A stretch of 64,000 nucleotides of DNA from a virus, in IMG/VR virus record IMGVR_UViG_3300044705_000115, positions 1 through 64,000 of that record; one strand, given 5' to 3'. A program made the translations under genes and the position numbers. Shown here piece by piece: positions 34,443 through 43,379 of the stretch. Numbering within the stretch: position 1 is the stretch's first letter; every line of letters starts with the position of its first letter. The notes below the pieces were generated by a model. It was not told the DNA's origin and made no database searches. It saw only the letters and a program-made list of their open reading frames with translations.

Positions 34443-34732
34443 GGCGCGACATACTCTTTCTCCGGGTCGCCGTCGGGTCGACGACGGCCCGAGCCGATGT
34501 GCCGATGCCAGCCGTACGGGGGGTCGTCTCCTTCCCCGTCCCACTCGGCGGCGGCGAGGATCGCCTGCCCCGCCGTCGCGTAGCAGTAGGCGTCGTCGTA
34601 GCCGCCCTCGCCAGCGGGTCCAAGGCAGAGCCGCGCCTTGCCGAAGGTCATCGGCGCGACGCTGAGCTCGCGGCCATCATCGAGGTAGCGGGTGTAGAGA
34701 CAGCCGGGGCGGATGTCGGGCAGGTCGCTCAC
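34439..34732 (-). CDS. conserved phage hypothetical protein
   Basis: GYDDAYCY..A...W.G.GDDPP.GWHRH..SGRRRPDGDP..EY. Confidence 0.8.
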   Translation of the reverse strand: MSDLPDIRPGCLYTRYLDDGRELSVAPMTFGKARLCLGPAGEGGYDDAYCYATAGQAILAAAEWDGEGDDPPYGWHRHIGSGRRRPDGDPEKEYVAP

Positions 34733-35010
34733 GCCTCAATCGGCCTCTCCAGCTTCACGCCGTTCACGGAGTGGCAGCGGAACTTGCCCGTGCGAACGTT
34801 GACCGTGCCTTCAAGGGCGACCTCGTAGCCCGAGTAGACGAAGTTGCGTTTGGCGGCCTCGGAGAGATTGGCCTCGACCAGCACTGCGTCGCTCTCCAGC
34901 TTGTACCAGTTGTCGTCCTTGTCGGTGCCGACGTAAAGCTTGATCTCGACCTCCGGCTCGGAGGAGCCCGGAACTCCCAGCTTGTTTTCGATGTCGCGCT
35001 GCAGGCTCAC
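34729..35010 (-). CDS. hypothetical protein
   Basis: GTG with AAGGAGG RBS. Confidence 0.7.
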   Translation of the reverse strand: MSLQRDIENKLGVPGSSEPEVEIKLYVGTDKDDNWYKLESDAVLVEANLSEAAKRNFVYSGYEVALEGTVNVRTGKFRCHSVNGVKLERPIEA

Positions 35011-35147
35011 TCGTCCTCCTTCGTTTCCGCGCTCAGTGCCTCCATCGGCAGCAGGCAGGTTGGGCAGGTCGGCAGGTCGTCCTGCGGCCCTTCGATTGTC
35101 TCGGTGGCGCCGCAGCCGGTGCAGCGGACTTTGACGAGGATCTTCAT
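35007..35147 (-). CDS. small Zn-ribbon protein (46 aa, not in track)
   Basis: MKILVKVRCTGCG...CPTC; coupled at both ends. Confidence 0.6.
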   Translation of the reverse strand: MKILVKVRCTGCGATETIEGPQDDLPTCPTCLLPMEALSAETKEDE

Positions 35148-35359
35148 CCGGGCGTCGTCCTGACATCGAGGTAGTCGCCAGCCACCAGAGTCGAGAGCGC
35201 GGCGAGGCTGTGCGCCTGGGAGACCTGCGCGTAAAGCTCGGCGCGGCGGTTCGTCTCCTCGTCAGGCGTGTGGCCCGAGTGAACGGCTTCCCGGTCGGCG
35301 GCGTCAGCCCAGCGCCGTGCCTCGCTTGCGTGATGGCGAGCTTCGTCAGCCGCGCTCAC
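35144..35359 (-). CDS. hypothetical protein
   Basis: GTG with GGAGG RBS. Confidence 0.55.
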   Translation of the reverse strand: MSAADEARHHASEARRWADAADREAVHSGHTPDEETNRRAELYAQVSQAHSLAALSTLVAGDYLDVRTTPG

Positions 35360-35756
35360 GAAGCGCCTCCATCTTCGCCATGACGCGCTTCGCCGCCGCG
35401 TCGGGGTTGTTGATGCGGGCGATCCCGTGCTGGGCGGCCTCAGCGCCGGAGCCGAAGACCTCCGTGGACGTCTGGTAGCCAACGATGGCGTCAAAGGTCT
35501 TGGAGTCGAGCCGCCCATCGGAGTAGCCGACGCGGATCGCCAGCGAGTGTTCCATGTCGTGAGCGGCGCACCAGCCCGCGCAGACGCGCCCGTCCTGGCG
35601 GTGGCAGAGGAAGATGCCGTGCGGCTGGAATGGCGTCTCCTTGTCGTACTCGATCAGCTTCAAGTACTCGTCCAGCACCCAGATGCCGGACGGCACATCG
35701 ACCCGATACGGGCAAGAACCGCAGGGGTTCGCCGCCGGCGGCAGAATCTCGCTCAC
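35346..35756 (-). CDS. DUF6283-like protein
   Basis: PCGSCPYRVDVPSGIW..EY.KL..YD..FLCH..CAGW. Confidence 0.8.
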   Translation of the reverse strand: MSEILPPAANPCGSCPYRVDVPSGIWVLDEYLKLIEYDKETPFQPHGIFLCHRQDGRVCAGWCAAHDMEHSLAIRVGYSDGRLDSKTFDAIVGYQTSTEVFGSGAEAAQHGIARINNPDAAAKRVMAKMEALRERG

Positions 35757-36215
35757 CTAGAAGACCTCCTCCGGCTCCGGGTCGAGCGTTTCCCCATCGA
35801 AGAGCGGCGGCGTCGGGGTAGAGCCAAGGCGGTTCGGCTTGACGATGTTCCCCTTCTTGGTCTCGATGATCGTGGTGCCGCCATCACGTAGGCGCTGCAC
35901 GGAAGTCGGCTCGACGACCTCGCCGTCGATCCAGACCTTTGACTTCCCGCGCTCGGTGTACGGATCACCCTCGATCCGTACGTATCGACCCTTGCGGGTC
36001 CATCCCTCGACGAAGGGCGCCTCTCCTTCGACGACGATCATCCCTCCCTGCCCCATCTGGTTTCCAACGCGCACGCGGGCCACGACGACATAGGTACCGC
36101 TCGCGGCCGCTCGGTATCGCAGCGTACCCTCGAGGCTCCCGCCCCGTTCTACTTCCGCCTTGATCTCGCCAAGCAACTCGACCAGCTCTTTGCCGGTCAG
36201 CATTCGCCCGTTCAC
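35757..36215 (-). CDS. hypothetical protein
   Basis: Start follows the leader-motif RBS. Confidence 0.7.
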   Translation of the reverse strand: MNGRMLTGKELVELLGEIKAEVERGGSLEGTLRYRAAASGTYVVVARVRVGNQMGQGGMIVVEGEAPFVEGWTRKGRYVRIEGDPYTERGKSKVWIDGEVVEPTSVQRLRDGGTTIIETKKGNIVKPNRLGSTPTPPLFDGETLDPEPEEVF

Positions 36216-36222
36216 TGGAAAC

Positions 36223-36247
36223 CTCCTTGGTCGGAGCCGCCAGCCTA
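36223..36247 (-). promoter_or_regulatory. -10 (TAGGCT) + CCGACCAAGGAG leader motif
   Basis: Exact motif 36223-36234. Confidence 0.7.
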
Positions 36248-36267
36248 CCTGCTGCGTTCCAAGATCG

Positions 36268-36465
36268 CTACTGGTTTTGCACGCGGCGCACAAGCGCTCT
36301 TGTGTTCTGCAGCGAGCGGCGGTCGGAGGGCGTGCGGTGGAGCATCACGGAGCCCTTCTCGTGAACCAGCATCACGCCCTGGGCCTTGGGCCGAACCTCG
36401 AAGCCAGCATCCAGCGCTTCTTCGATCAGGACGCGGAACTCCTTCCGAAAGCCCGTGACCTTCAC
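36268..36465 (-). CDS. HicA-like small protein
   Basis: LIEEALDAGFEV...TPSDRRSLQN pattern seen in actinophage HicA-like proteins; the usual catalytic GH is not evident. Confidence 0.55.
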   Translation of the reverse strand: MKVTGFRKEFRVLIEEALDAGFEVRPKAQGVMLVHEKGSVMLHRTPSDRRSLQNTRALVRRVQNQ

Positions 36466-36743
36466 GGCTCGAACTCGACCGAGACGCTGGGGAAGTGCAG
36501 GGTGATCTCCTCGGTTAGCAGCGGGTTCCACCGCAGCCACCGCAGGGGTTGTCGCCACGGCACCGGCTTCGGTGTCTTCACGCGCGTCGTGAAGGTCATC
36601 TCGAAGGTTCGCGCGACGGTGGGCGCTGGGACGATGCCTAGGAGCTGGCGGTAGACCTCGCCTTCGATGCTCTGAACCCTCAACGACCCGCTGCGTTGGG
36701 GGCGGTTGCCATCGAAGGCTTGGGCTAAGTCGTCGGCGTTCAT
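36462..36743 (-). CDS. hypothetical protein
   Basis: Coupled ORF with RBS. Confidence 0.6.
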   Translation of the reverse strand: MNADDLAQAFDGNRPQRSGSLRVQSIEGEVYRQLLGIVPAPTVARTFEMTFTTRVKTPKPVPWRQPLRWLRWNPLLTEEITLHFPSVSVEFEP

Positions 36744-37030
36744 GGCTCCTCGCCAAAGCCGACCTTCGGCTTCGGGTCGCCGTCGGGATGGTGGGTCTCG
36801 TGGTAGTCGTAGGTGGTCTCGCCCCGGTAGGTCTGCCGTGACTCCTGCCGTGACTCGTCGCGGGCGGTACGGTTGTGGATGTAGTGGCCGCCGGAAGGCC
36901 CGTGGGCGACCGAGCCGAAGGCTTCGGCGGCGGCCTTCAGCAGATCGGCATCCCCCTCTTTGGCGGCGTTCTCGACGCAGGCGATTACTGCGTCGTACAG
37001 GGCCTCTTCGGCGTCAGTTCTCTTCGCCAT
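36740..37030 (-). CDS. hypothetical protein
   Basis: Coupled ORF. Confidence 0.6.
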   Translation of the reverse strand: MAKRTDAEEALYDAVIACVENAAKEGDADLLKAAAEAFGSVAHGPSGGHYIHNRTARDESRQESRQTYRGETTYDYHETHHPDGDPKPKVGFGEEP

Positions 37031-37235
37031 CTGGCGGCCTCAGCCGAAGGTTGAAGTGCTCGCAGAGCGCGTTGAGGCGGTGGCTATTGGCGTGCGTGAC
37101 GGCCATCGTGGCGTCCTGGGGGTGGCCGTCATCGTGGAAGCGTCCCGCCATCTCCTCGAAGGTCTGGGCGTCCCGTAGGTGCTGCTGGATTTTCAGCCGG
37201 CGAGCCTCGGCGACATCGGCGGGGTCAGGCGGCAT
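37014..37235 (-). CDS. hypothetical protein
   Basis: GGAGG RBS. Confidence 0.55.
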   Translation of the reverse strand: MPPDPADVAEARRLKIQQHLRDAQTFEEMAGRFHDDGHPQDATMAVTHANSHRLNALCEHFNLRLRPPDGEEN

Positions 37236-37425
37236 CGGCTTCCTCCAGCGGCAGGCTGCGGAAGGTCTCGACCCGCTTCTCGGGGTGGCCGAGCTTGACG
37301 ATGACGCGGCCCTCCTCGGGCGCTGCGCGGCGCGAGCGCTCCTTCCAGCCTCGCTCGAGCATCTTCGCCAGCCCCTCCTCGTCGATCCAGTTGGCGATCT
37401 TCAACTCAGTTCTTCTCCCATCCAA
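37225..37425 (-). CDS. hypothetical protein
   Basis: ORF track; start uncertain. Confidence 0.5.
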   Translation of the reverse strand: MDGRRTELKIANWIDEEGLAKMLERGWKERSRRAAPEEGRVIVKLGHPEKRVETFRSLPLEEADAA

Positions 37426-37805
37426 CGGCGCATCTCTATCGAGAGCGAGGAAAGATCCTTCGATAAGTTCTGCATCTGGCGCTCCAGCGCCATCTTGAAG
37501 TCGAGGGCCATCTTTCGCGCCCGCTCCTCGGCAGGATCAACCTCGTGCATCGGCTGCCACTCGATCCACTCCCTCGGGAAGCGGCGCTCCATCTCTCGCC
37601 GAACCCCTGGGTCGCACTGCGGCCCCACTTCAATCACGCGGTCGGTTTCCCAGTCGAGGTGGAGGCCTTTGATTTGCATCGGCTGGGAGACGACCTTGAT
37701 CGGGGTCTTGGTCGGATCGACCCCGCGGCTCTTCATCCACTGAACGCCGATGCCTTGGGTGCAGAGCAGAACGATCAGCGGCTTGCGGGCGGACATTGCC
37801 CTCAA
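37401..37805 (-). CDS. hypothetical protein
   Basis: ORF track. Confidence 0.6.
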   Translation of the reverse strand: MRAMSARKPLIVLLCTQGIGVQWMKSRGVDPTKTPIKVVSQPMQIKGLHLDWETDRVIEVGPQCDPGVRREMERRFPREWIEWQPMHEVDPAEERARKMALDFKMALERQMQNLSKDLSSLSIEMRRWMGEELS

Positions 37806-37827
37806 CTACTAGCTGCTGCGCCCGACG

Positions 37828-37986
37828 TTATTCGCGATCCTTTTCCCAAATTCCGGCACCGAAGAAGGCGAGCGCCGCGACCCCGAAGATCGCGGCGCCG
37901 ATGAGATTCTGGCCGTGACCAGGAGCGGCCGCCACGGCGGCTGCCCAGACCGAGATGCCGGTCAGAACGATCCATCGCGTCCTCAT
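37828..37986 (-). CDS. small membrane protein (52 aa, not in track)
   Basis: MRTRWIVLTGISVWAAAVAA...IGAAIFGVAALAFFGAGIWEKDRE; ATGA coupling. Confidence 0.6.
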   Translation of the reverse strand: MRTRWIVLTGISVWAAAVAAAPGHGQNLIGAAIFGVAALAFFGAGIWEKDRE

Positions 37987-38582
37987 GGCGCAGCGACCTT
38001 CTCCTCGGCCTCCTGCATGGCGAGCCAGTCCTTGTGGATCTCCGCCAGCTCCGCCTCGGCCTCAGAGTCGCCGGACATCAACTTGCCTAGCGCGATCCCG
38101 AGCGCGATCGCTGGCGTCTCCTGGGGGTCGAGGCCCGCGACCTCCAGCGCCAGCGGCCCTGGCCCTACGCGGTCAGCGGCCTCTGTGACGCCGTAACGGT
38201 CGCTCAGTTCGCGCCCCGCACGCGCGAGGCGCACGATGGCCTCCTCAAGGGTTCGCCGCGCCGGCGGGGCCGGAAGCCCTTTGCGGAAGGCTGCGCTCAG
38301 CGCCTCTTCGATCGGCTGCTGGTCGCGCAGGTTCGGGGCGTGAAAGGCGCGGACGGCGGCTTTGATCGACTCCGGGCGCATCATCCGCCGCTCGAGGTCG
38401 TCGGCGATCTCCCGGTACATCGGCTCGATGGCGACCCTTGCGTCCTCGAGCCAAGCCTTCCGCTGCTCGCGGCTCAGCTCGTACCAGCCGACATCGAGGC
38501 GCCGGCGACGCATGGCCCTGCCGTACATCTGCTTGGCGAGGGCATCAATAAGACGAGATGGAACTTGAAGGTCATCAGACAC
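37983..38582 (-). CDS. hypothetical protein
   Basis: GTG after the leader-motif RBS; W.ELS...RKAWLEDAR. Confidence 0.7.
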   Translation of the reverse strand: MSDDLQVPSRLIDALAKQMYGRAMRRRRLDVGWYELSREQRKAWLEDARVAIEPMYREIADDLERRMMRPESIKAAVRAFHAPNLRDQQPIEEALSAAFRKGLPAPPARRTLEEAIVRLARAGRELSDRYGVTEAADRVGPGPLALEVAGLDPQETPAIALGIALGKLMSGDSEAEAELAEIHKDWLAMQEAEEKVAAP

Positions 38583-38588
38583 TCGATT

Positions 38589-38614
38589 CTCCTTGGTCGG
38601 TTGCGAGCATCCTA
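38589..38614 (-). promoter_or_regulatory. -10 (TAGGAT) + CCGACCAAGGAG leader motif
   Basis: Exact motif 38589-38600. Confidence 0.7.
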
Positions 38615-38623
38615 TTGCCCTGA

Positions 38624-39256
38624 TCAAGCCCCCAGATCAACGCTTCCTTCCAGCCACTTTGCGGCGTCCACGAACTCCACCCCAGCCGCCTCAGCCGCCG
38701 CCCTGTCGCTGTCCCTGTCGCCCACAAACACGGTGTCTCCGGGCATCGTCCCGTGCTTGACCATCGCCTCGATCAGCATCCCCGGCGCGGGCTTGCGCAG
38801 ATGGAGTTCGTGCGGGGTCGGGTCGCCGTGGCCCGGATAGGCCGTCGCCACATGCACCGAGTAGGGCTGCCAGTTGAAGTTCACCAGCAGGTCGAGCGAA
38901 CGCCTGATACGCAGACGGACTTCCTCCTCGGTCTGGAAGCCGAGCGCGACTCCCCCCTGGTTGGTGGCGATGGCGAAGGAGTTGCCGAGCGAGGGCAGCG
39001 CAAGGTCGCGGATCAACGAACCCACGCGGGGCAGCAGAGCAGGTTCGACATACGCGCGGTCCTCGCGCGGCACGAGCTGGGAGCCGCGCCCATTGCAGAC
39101 ATCGCACTTCCGATGCCCCGGCGCTCGCGGCGGATGGAAGATCGGGTTGCCGGGGTCATAGACCTCGCCCGAGCCGCCGCAGCGCTCGCACTTGCGGTCG
39201 ATCAGGTGGTCCTCGACCAGCGTCCCGTCGAGGTCGAAGATGAACAGCCGCTTCAC
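38624..39256 (-). CDS. HAD-IIIA phosphatase (GmhB/PNKP 3'-phosphatase-like) with inserted Zn finger
   Basis: FDLDGTL, ATNQGG, RKPAPGML, VGDRDSD; insert CERCGGSG...CDVCNGRG. Confidence 0.88.
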   Translation of the reverse strand: MKRLFIFDLDGTLVEDHLIDRKCERCGGSGEVYDPGNPIFHPPRAPGHRKCDVCNGRGSQLVPREDRAYVEPALLPRVGSLIRDLALPSLGNSFAIATNQGGVALGFQTEEEVRLRIRRSLDLLVNFNWQPYSVHVATAYPGHGDPTPHELHLRKPAPGMLIEAMVKHGTMPGDTVFVGDRDSDRAAAEAAGVEFVDAAKWLEGSVDLGA

Positions 39257-39498
39257 GGCTCCTCGCTTTCCCGCGCCCGCTTGGTGGCGATGTAGGCTCG
39301 GCGTTCGTCACGCTCAGACCAGTAGGTGCGCCAGTCCTTCGCGCCGCCGTAGAGGCTGGTGAGTCCCAGCAGATAGACAACGACCGCGCCAGCCGTTTCG
39401 TTGGCGGCAGCTAGGAAGACCAGGACGATGCACAGCGCGATTTGCAACACCGCAGAAAGCAGTTCCATCCGCGAGGGCTCAGGCGGAGGCGGCGACAT
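39253..39498 (-). CDS. membrane protein (2 TM)
   Basis: Two hydrophobic segments. Confidence 0.6.
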   Translation of the reverse strand: MSPPPPEPSRMELLSAVLQIALCIVLVFLAAANETAGAVVVYLLGLTSLYGGAKDWRTYWSERDERRAYIATKRARESEEP

Positions 39499-39929
39499 CA
39501 GATCGTCCCCATCGCCGTCGCGTAGGCCAGTTCAAGGAGCTTCGCGCCCCGGTCGAGCATCGGCACCATCATCCTCCGCGACTCGGCGATGACGCCCGCC
39601 ATGTGCGCTGCGGAGGTCGGGTCCTCGGGATCGCCGAAGTCAGGACTCTCCTGCGGATGCTCTTCGTCGAATTTCACCAGCCAGTACTCGGGCTTCGAGA
39701 GCGCGTTGGCGAGGTCGCGGCCCGCGATGTAGATGGGGATGACGCGCTGGATGCGCTCCGGGCTGATGCCTTCGCCCCGATTCACGATGCCGTTCGTCCA
39801 GCGCTCCACGTTCTCGGCGTCCTCCGGCCCTGGCCAAAGGATCGGCATGACGGCCCGCAGAGCGTGGTTGGCATCGCGCAGCACTTCACGCTCGGCGTAC
39901 TCGAATTCGACGTAGGTGAGCCTCCTCAT
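39498..39929 (-). CDS. hypothetical protein
   Basis: Coupled ORF. Confidence 0.65.
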   Translation of the reverse strand: MRRLTYVEFEYAEREVLRDANHALRAVMPILWPGPEDAENVERWTNGIVNRGEGISPERIQRVIPIYIAGRDLANALSKPEYWLVKFDEEHPQESPDFGDPEDPTSAAHMAGVIAESRRMMVPMLDRGAKLLELAYATAMGTI

Positions 39930-40123
39930 GGCGCCACCGAATCGACCGCGCCGCCAAGCGCCTTCGCCTGGATCGTCTGGTAGACGATCTCGCGCACAGC
40001 CTCTTTCAACTCGGCGGCGAGGATGTCGTCAGCCCTGACCTCGATGTGAACCGCTCCCGGCCCGAGCGTCATCGAGCCTGCCTCGTATGGGCCGATCTGA
40101 ACGTTGATTTCTACGCCCTTCAC
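39926..40123 (-). CDS. hypothetical protein
   Basis: GTGA-coupled ORF. Confidence 0.55.
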   Translation of the reverse strand: MKGVEINVQIGPYEAGSMTLGPGAVHIEVRADDILAAELKEAVREIVYQTIQAKALGGAVDSVAP

Positions 40124-40431
40124 TCTGCAGCCCTCCATTCGCCGTCGCCTTGGTAGACAAGGCCGTCCTCGTTGATTTCTCCAATCCGCTCGCGGTCGCG
40201 GCGGTCTTCGTCCAGCAGCCGGACCTCCTCGCGGTCGAGCGATGCCTTCTCGCCCTGGCGGGCGCCATCGAGCAGCGCCCTGATTTCGTCGCGTATCTCG
40301 ACCGCGCAGCCCGCGCAGACCTTGATCCCAGTTCCGTCGATCTTAGTGGCGGCTCCGCCTGATCGGACCTGAACCTTGACTTCGTGCGAGCGGTCTTGGG
40401 TTCCGCAGCGCGGGCAGGTTCGCTGGCCCAT
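40120..40431 (-). CDS. Zn-finger hypothetical protein
   Basis: CPRCG...CAGC; TGATG coupling. Confidence 0.6.
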   Translation of the reverse strand: MGQRTCPRCGTQDRSHEVKVQVRSGGAATKIDGTGIKVCAGCAVEIRDEIRALLDGARQGEKASLDREEVRLLDEDRRDRERIGEINEDGLVYQGDGEWRAAE

Positions 40432-41183
40432 CAGCCCATCGCCTCCGCCATTGCGCCGATCTCCCTGATGGAGGTCGTCCCGAGTACCCGCAGCGTGGTT
40501 CGCAGGCCGGGGAACCCGTTGGCCCTGCGCCGCTCGCGGTCTTTGGGCCAACGCCCTGCACGAGCGTAGAAGGCGCGGTAAGCCGCCAAGATCGCCTCGC
40601 GGCTCCAAGGGCCGGGCATCTTCGGCGGCGGCGGCGTCCCCGCCAGTTCGCTGATCGTCGTGTTGTTGTGGCCCAGATCCCAGAGAATCGAGCGGCCCGG
40701 CAGTCGCGGGTCGCTGAGGAAGTCCTTGCTCGTCGGTCGTCGACCCTCTTCGCGTACGAAGGCGCGAACGGCCTCGACCGCCAGCTCGAGCGACCAGCCG
40801 CCCCAGTGCCGATGGATGACTGGCCGATTACCGCGCTTGACGGCTTCCATGCGCCTGCGCATGACGGGGTTCGCGGCTATCTCCGCGAGTTCCACATGCG
40901 AGTCGAAATCGACCTCCTCGATAGCAATCTCCTTGGGCGCAGTGTCCTCGTCTGCTTCAAGGAAGGCATCGAGAGAGACATTGCTGCGCTCGCGGCGCCG
41001 CATAGCGTTGAGGAGGCGGCGCCGAGCGCAAGTGACGATGTTCGGCGCGGTCATTTCCCAGCCCTTCTCCAGCGCCTCGGCAACAGCGACCTGGATCGCT
41101 TCTTCCGCATCGTCACGGTTCGCGGCCGAGTGCGCCCGCAGCACGGTCGGCAGAACATCGTCAAAGTCGAAGGCAACCTGCAT
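40431..41183 (-). CDS. sigma-region-2-like N-terminus + two homing-endonuclease-associated-type repeats
   Basis: DDAEEAIQ..ARRRLLNAMRR..VSLD; WSLELAVEAVRAFVREEGRRPT and WSREAILAAYRAFYARAGRWP repeats. Confidence 0.6.
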   Translation of the reverse strand: MQVAFDFDDVLPTVLRAHSAANRDDAEEAIQVAVAEALEKGWEMTAPNIVTCARRRLLNAMRRRERSNVSLDAFLEADEDTAPKEIAIEEVDFDSHVELAEIAANPVMRRRMEAVKRGNRPVIHRHWGGWSLELAVEAVRAFVREEGRRPTSKDFLSDPRLPGRSILWDLGHNNTTISELAGTPPPPKMPGPWSREAILAAYRAFYARAGRWPKDRERRRANGFPGLRTTLRVLGTTSIREIGAMAEAMG

Positions 41184-41659
41184 CAGCCAATCTCCTTCCT
41201 GTACTCGTCGGTGACATGGCGAAGCGTCGAGAAACTGCCGATGTGGGCGAACACCCGCTGGTCGTCGGGGTGCATGTCGGCCACCGCGTCGCGGATCGAC
41301 TGGGTCAGGCGCTCGTAGTTGCCGACCAGCGTCTCGTAGTGGGTCAGCGCCTCTAGACGCATGATGTGCGCCGCGACCGCCTCCTCGTCGTACTCCCACG
41401 CCGGAACCCACTCCTTGTCCCCGCAGCGGCGAAGTTCGAGCGGCTGGTCGGCGCCGGGCGAAACGCATCCTACGGGCAGAGGCAGGACTTCTTGGCGCGG
41501 GATGTGGGGGCGGGTCTTCTGCTTGGAGGGCTCGCGGTCGATGTAGAGGGCGACCTGCCCATTGCCGTAGGTATGGAGGTCGCCTTCCTTGCCCTCCCAG
41601 CGCCCGATCACATGGAAGCGGTTTACGTGGTCGTAGAGCTTGGGCATCGAGTTGATCAT
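41183..41659 (-). CDS. hypothetical protein
   Basis: Coupled ORF. Confidence 0.65.
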   Translation of the reverse strand: MINSMPKLYDHVNRFHVIGRWEGKEGDLHTYGNGQVALYIDREPSKQKTRPHIPRQEVLPLPVGCVSPGADQPLELRRCGDKEWVPAWEYDEEAVAAHIMRLEALTHYETLVGNYERLTQSIRDAVADMHPDDQRVFAHIGSFSTLRHVTDEYRKEIG

Positions 41660-41880
41660 CGTTCCCTCTGCTCCTTCCTGACGCGCCGCTCGCGCAGGAT
41701 GTCCAGTTGGTTGCTCGCCTGCGTGATCAGGTCGATCAGCTTCTTCTCCGTCAGCGGGACGCGCCGCAGGCGGTCTGATTTGCCGACCGCGAGGTCTAGC
41801 GTCGGGCCGCTGTCCTCCTCGCCGGGCCGAGCCGGAGGCTGGCGGCTGATACCGATCAGGCGAATCTCTGCGTCAGCCAT
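41656..41880 (-). CDS. hypothetical protein
   Basis: Coupled ORF. Confidence 0.6.
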   Translation of the reverse strand: MADAEIRLIGISRQPPARPGEEDSGPTLDLAVGKSDRLRRVPLTEKKLIDLITQASNQLDILRERRVRKEQRER

Positions 41881-41882
41881 GA

Positions 41883-42422
41883 TCAGACCTTCTCGACAAC
41901 CGTGCGCGGGAAGCGGATCGGGTTGGCGTAGGGCTTGCCGCCGGAGCGCTTGACCCTGTCCAAGTCGCTCTCCTCGACCTTGACGGAGACGGTGGTGCCG
42001 TTGATGCCAACGACCTCGCCGTGCATGTTCATCAGATACTTGGGCTTGACATTCGGGCCGATGGCGACCTTGTCCCCTTTGGCCAGTTTGCCCGCGCGGT
42101 CGATGCGACGCGAGTCGGGAACCAGTTGAGAGCCGCTACCCGTCTCCTTGATGGCGACCTCCGTACCCAGCTCGTAGTCCGCGCCGTTCTTGTCGATGAA
42201 TTTCAGGTCGCGTTTGATGTCTCTCAACGAAATCCAGCGACCCTCTTGTTGGGCGGCCTTATCCGCCACAGCGAAAACCTGCTCGTCGGGCAGTTCCGCG
42301 AAGACGCCTTTGCCCTCGTAGGCGGCGCCGTCGGACAGGCGCTCGAAGAAGTCGCCGCCCGCTTCCGGCAGGGTCAGAACATCGGCTGCGGTCGAGCCAC
42401 CCTTGATCAGCAGAACCTTCAT
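41883..42422 (-). CDS. KOW/SH3-like domain protein
   Basis: LAKGDKVAIGPNVKPKYL..GEVVGI; AGGAGG RBS; own promoter. Confidence 0.7.
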   Translation of the reverse strand: MKVLLIKGGSTAADVLTLPEAGGDFFERLSDGAAYEGKGVFAELPDEQVFAVADKAAQQEGRWISLRDIKRDLKFIDKNGADYELGTEVAIKETGSGSQLVPDSRRIDRAGKLAKGDKVAIGPNVKPKYLMNMHGEVVGINGTTVSVKVEESDLDRVKRSGGKPYANPIRFPRTVVEKV

Positions 42423-42440
42423 GTCGAACCTCCTCGTAAG

Positions 42441-42487
42441 CCTTGGTCGGTGCCAACAAAGTTAGCACAGAGAGGAGGACGGTGCAG
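42441..42487 (-). promoter_or_regulatory. promoter CTGCAC-N17-TAACTT + TGTTGGCACCGACCAAGG leader
   Basis: Nearly identical to the copy at 5331-5380. Confidence 0.8.
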
Positions 42488-42493
42488 CAGGAA

Positions 42494-42670
42494 TCAGGTC
42501 GGATCGCCGATCAGCCCGTGGTCGGCGGCGGCGAGCAGAGCTGTCTTCGCTCGCGCCGTGTCCCAGCGGAGCCGCTTCGCTACTTCTGCGGCATCCGCGT
42601 TGCCGCCGAGTTCTTCGACAGCAACGGCGGCGTGGTGCATATCGCCGAGCGTGGAGGCGCCTCGAATCAC
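42494..42670 (-). CDS. small HTH-like protein
   Basis: ADAAEVAKRLRWDTARAKTALL..GLI. Confidence 0.5.
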   Translation of the reverse strand: MIRGASTLGDMHHAAVAVEELGGNADAAEVAKRLRWDTARAKTALLAAADHGLIGDPT

Positions 42671-43095
42671 AGGCTCTTTTTGCCCTTCCTGAGGCCAGGG
42701 TCGAGTTCGGGCATCGGGAAGATAGAGACATCGCCGCCATCGGTGGGCATGTGGCGGTCGCCTATCCGCAGGCTCAGGCTGTCGGCTGGCTTGAGGATGA
42801 CATCGAGCTTGTAGTAGGAGAGCGGTTCGTTGAACTGGTTGACCAGCTTGGCGTAGCTGACATGGACGGTCGAAACCTTCTCCGCCCCCAGCAGTCGCCG
42901 CCACACAGACGGCTCACCTGGGCGCTGCCAGAAGAAGACATCCGGCTCGTAGAGGACGCGCAGACCACTATCGCCGGGATTCTTCAGTTCCGGCTGCTTC
43001 GCCTCGTAGAGGCAGTGCTGCGGAGCGAGGCTGGGATCGCCGATGATCGGCAAGCCGAAGTTGTCGAGGAGGATGATCCGGCCCGGCCGCTTCAC
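42667..43095 (-). CDS. hypothetical protein
   Basis: GTGA-coupled ORF. Confidence 0.6.
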   Translation of the reverse strand: MKRPGRIILLDNFGLPIIGDPSLAPQHCLYEAKQPELKNPGDSGLRVLYEPDVFFWQRPGEPSVWRRLLGAEKVSTVHVSYAKLVNQFNEPLSYYKLDVILKPADSLSLRIGDRHMPTDGGDVSIFPMPELDPGLRKGKKSL

Positions 43096-43379
43096 GGGCC
43101 GGAACCTACTGCCGCCAGGCATTCATCGACAACCTCGACGGTGCGGCGATCCCGGTATTTGGGGTCGCCGATCGTCGCCTCAAGCCGGTCGGTCCCCTCG
43201 GCGACGACATGCTGATGCTCGGGCGCGTGTGCGACGGCCATCGTCGTCTGCTCGCCCTTGTCGGTGCGGACGCCCACGTAGATGCGGCAGCCGCAGGGAA
43301 GCTCGGCGGCTTCGCGGGAGACGAACGCGAAGGGGAACTGGCCGCCGGCGGGGATGTACCACAGCCCTTCGACGATCAC
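43092..43379 (-). CDS. hypothetical protein
   Basis: Coupled ORF. Confidence 0.6.
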   Translation of the reverse strand: MIVEGLWYIPAGGQFPFAFVSREAAELPCGCRIYVGVRTDKGEQTTMAVAHAPEHQHVVAEGTDRLEATIGDPKYRDRRTVEVVDECLAAVGSGP

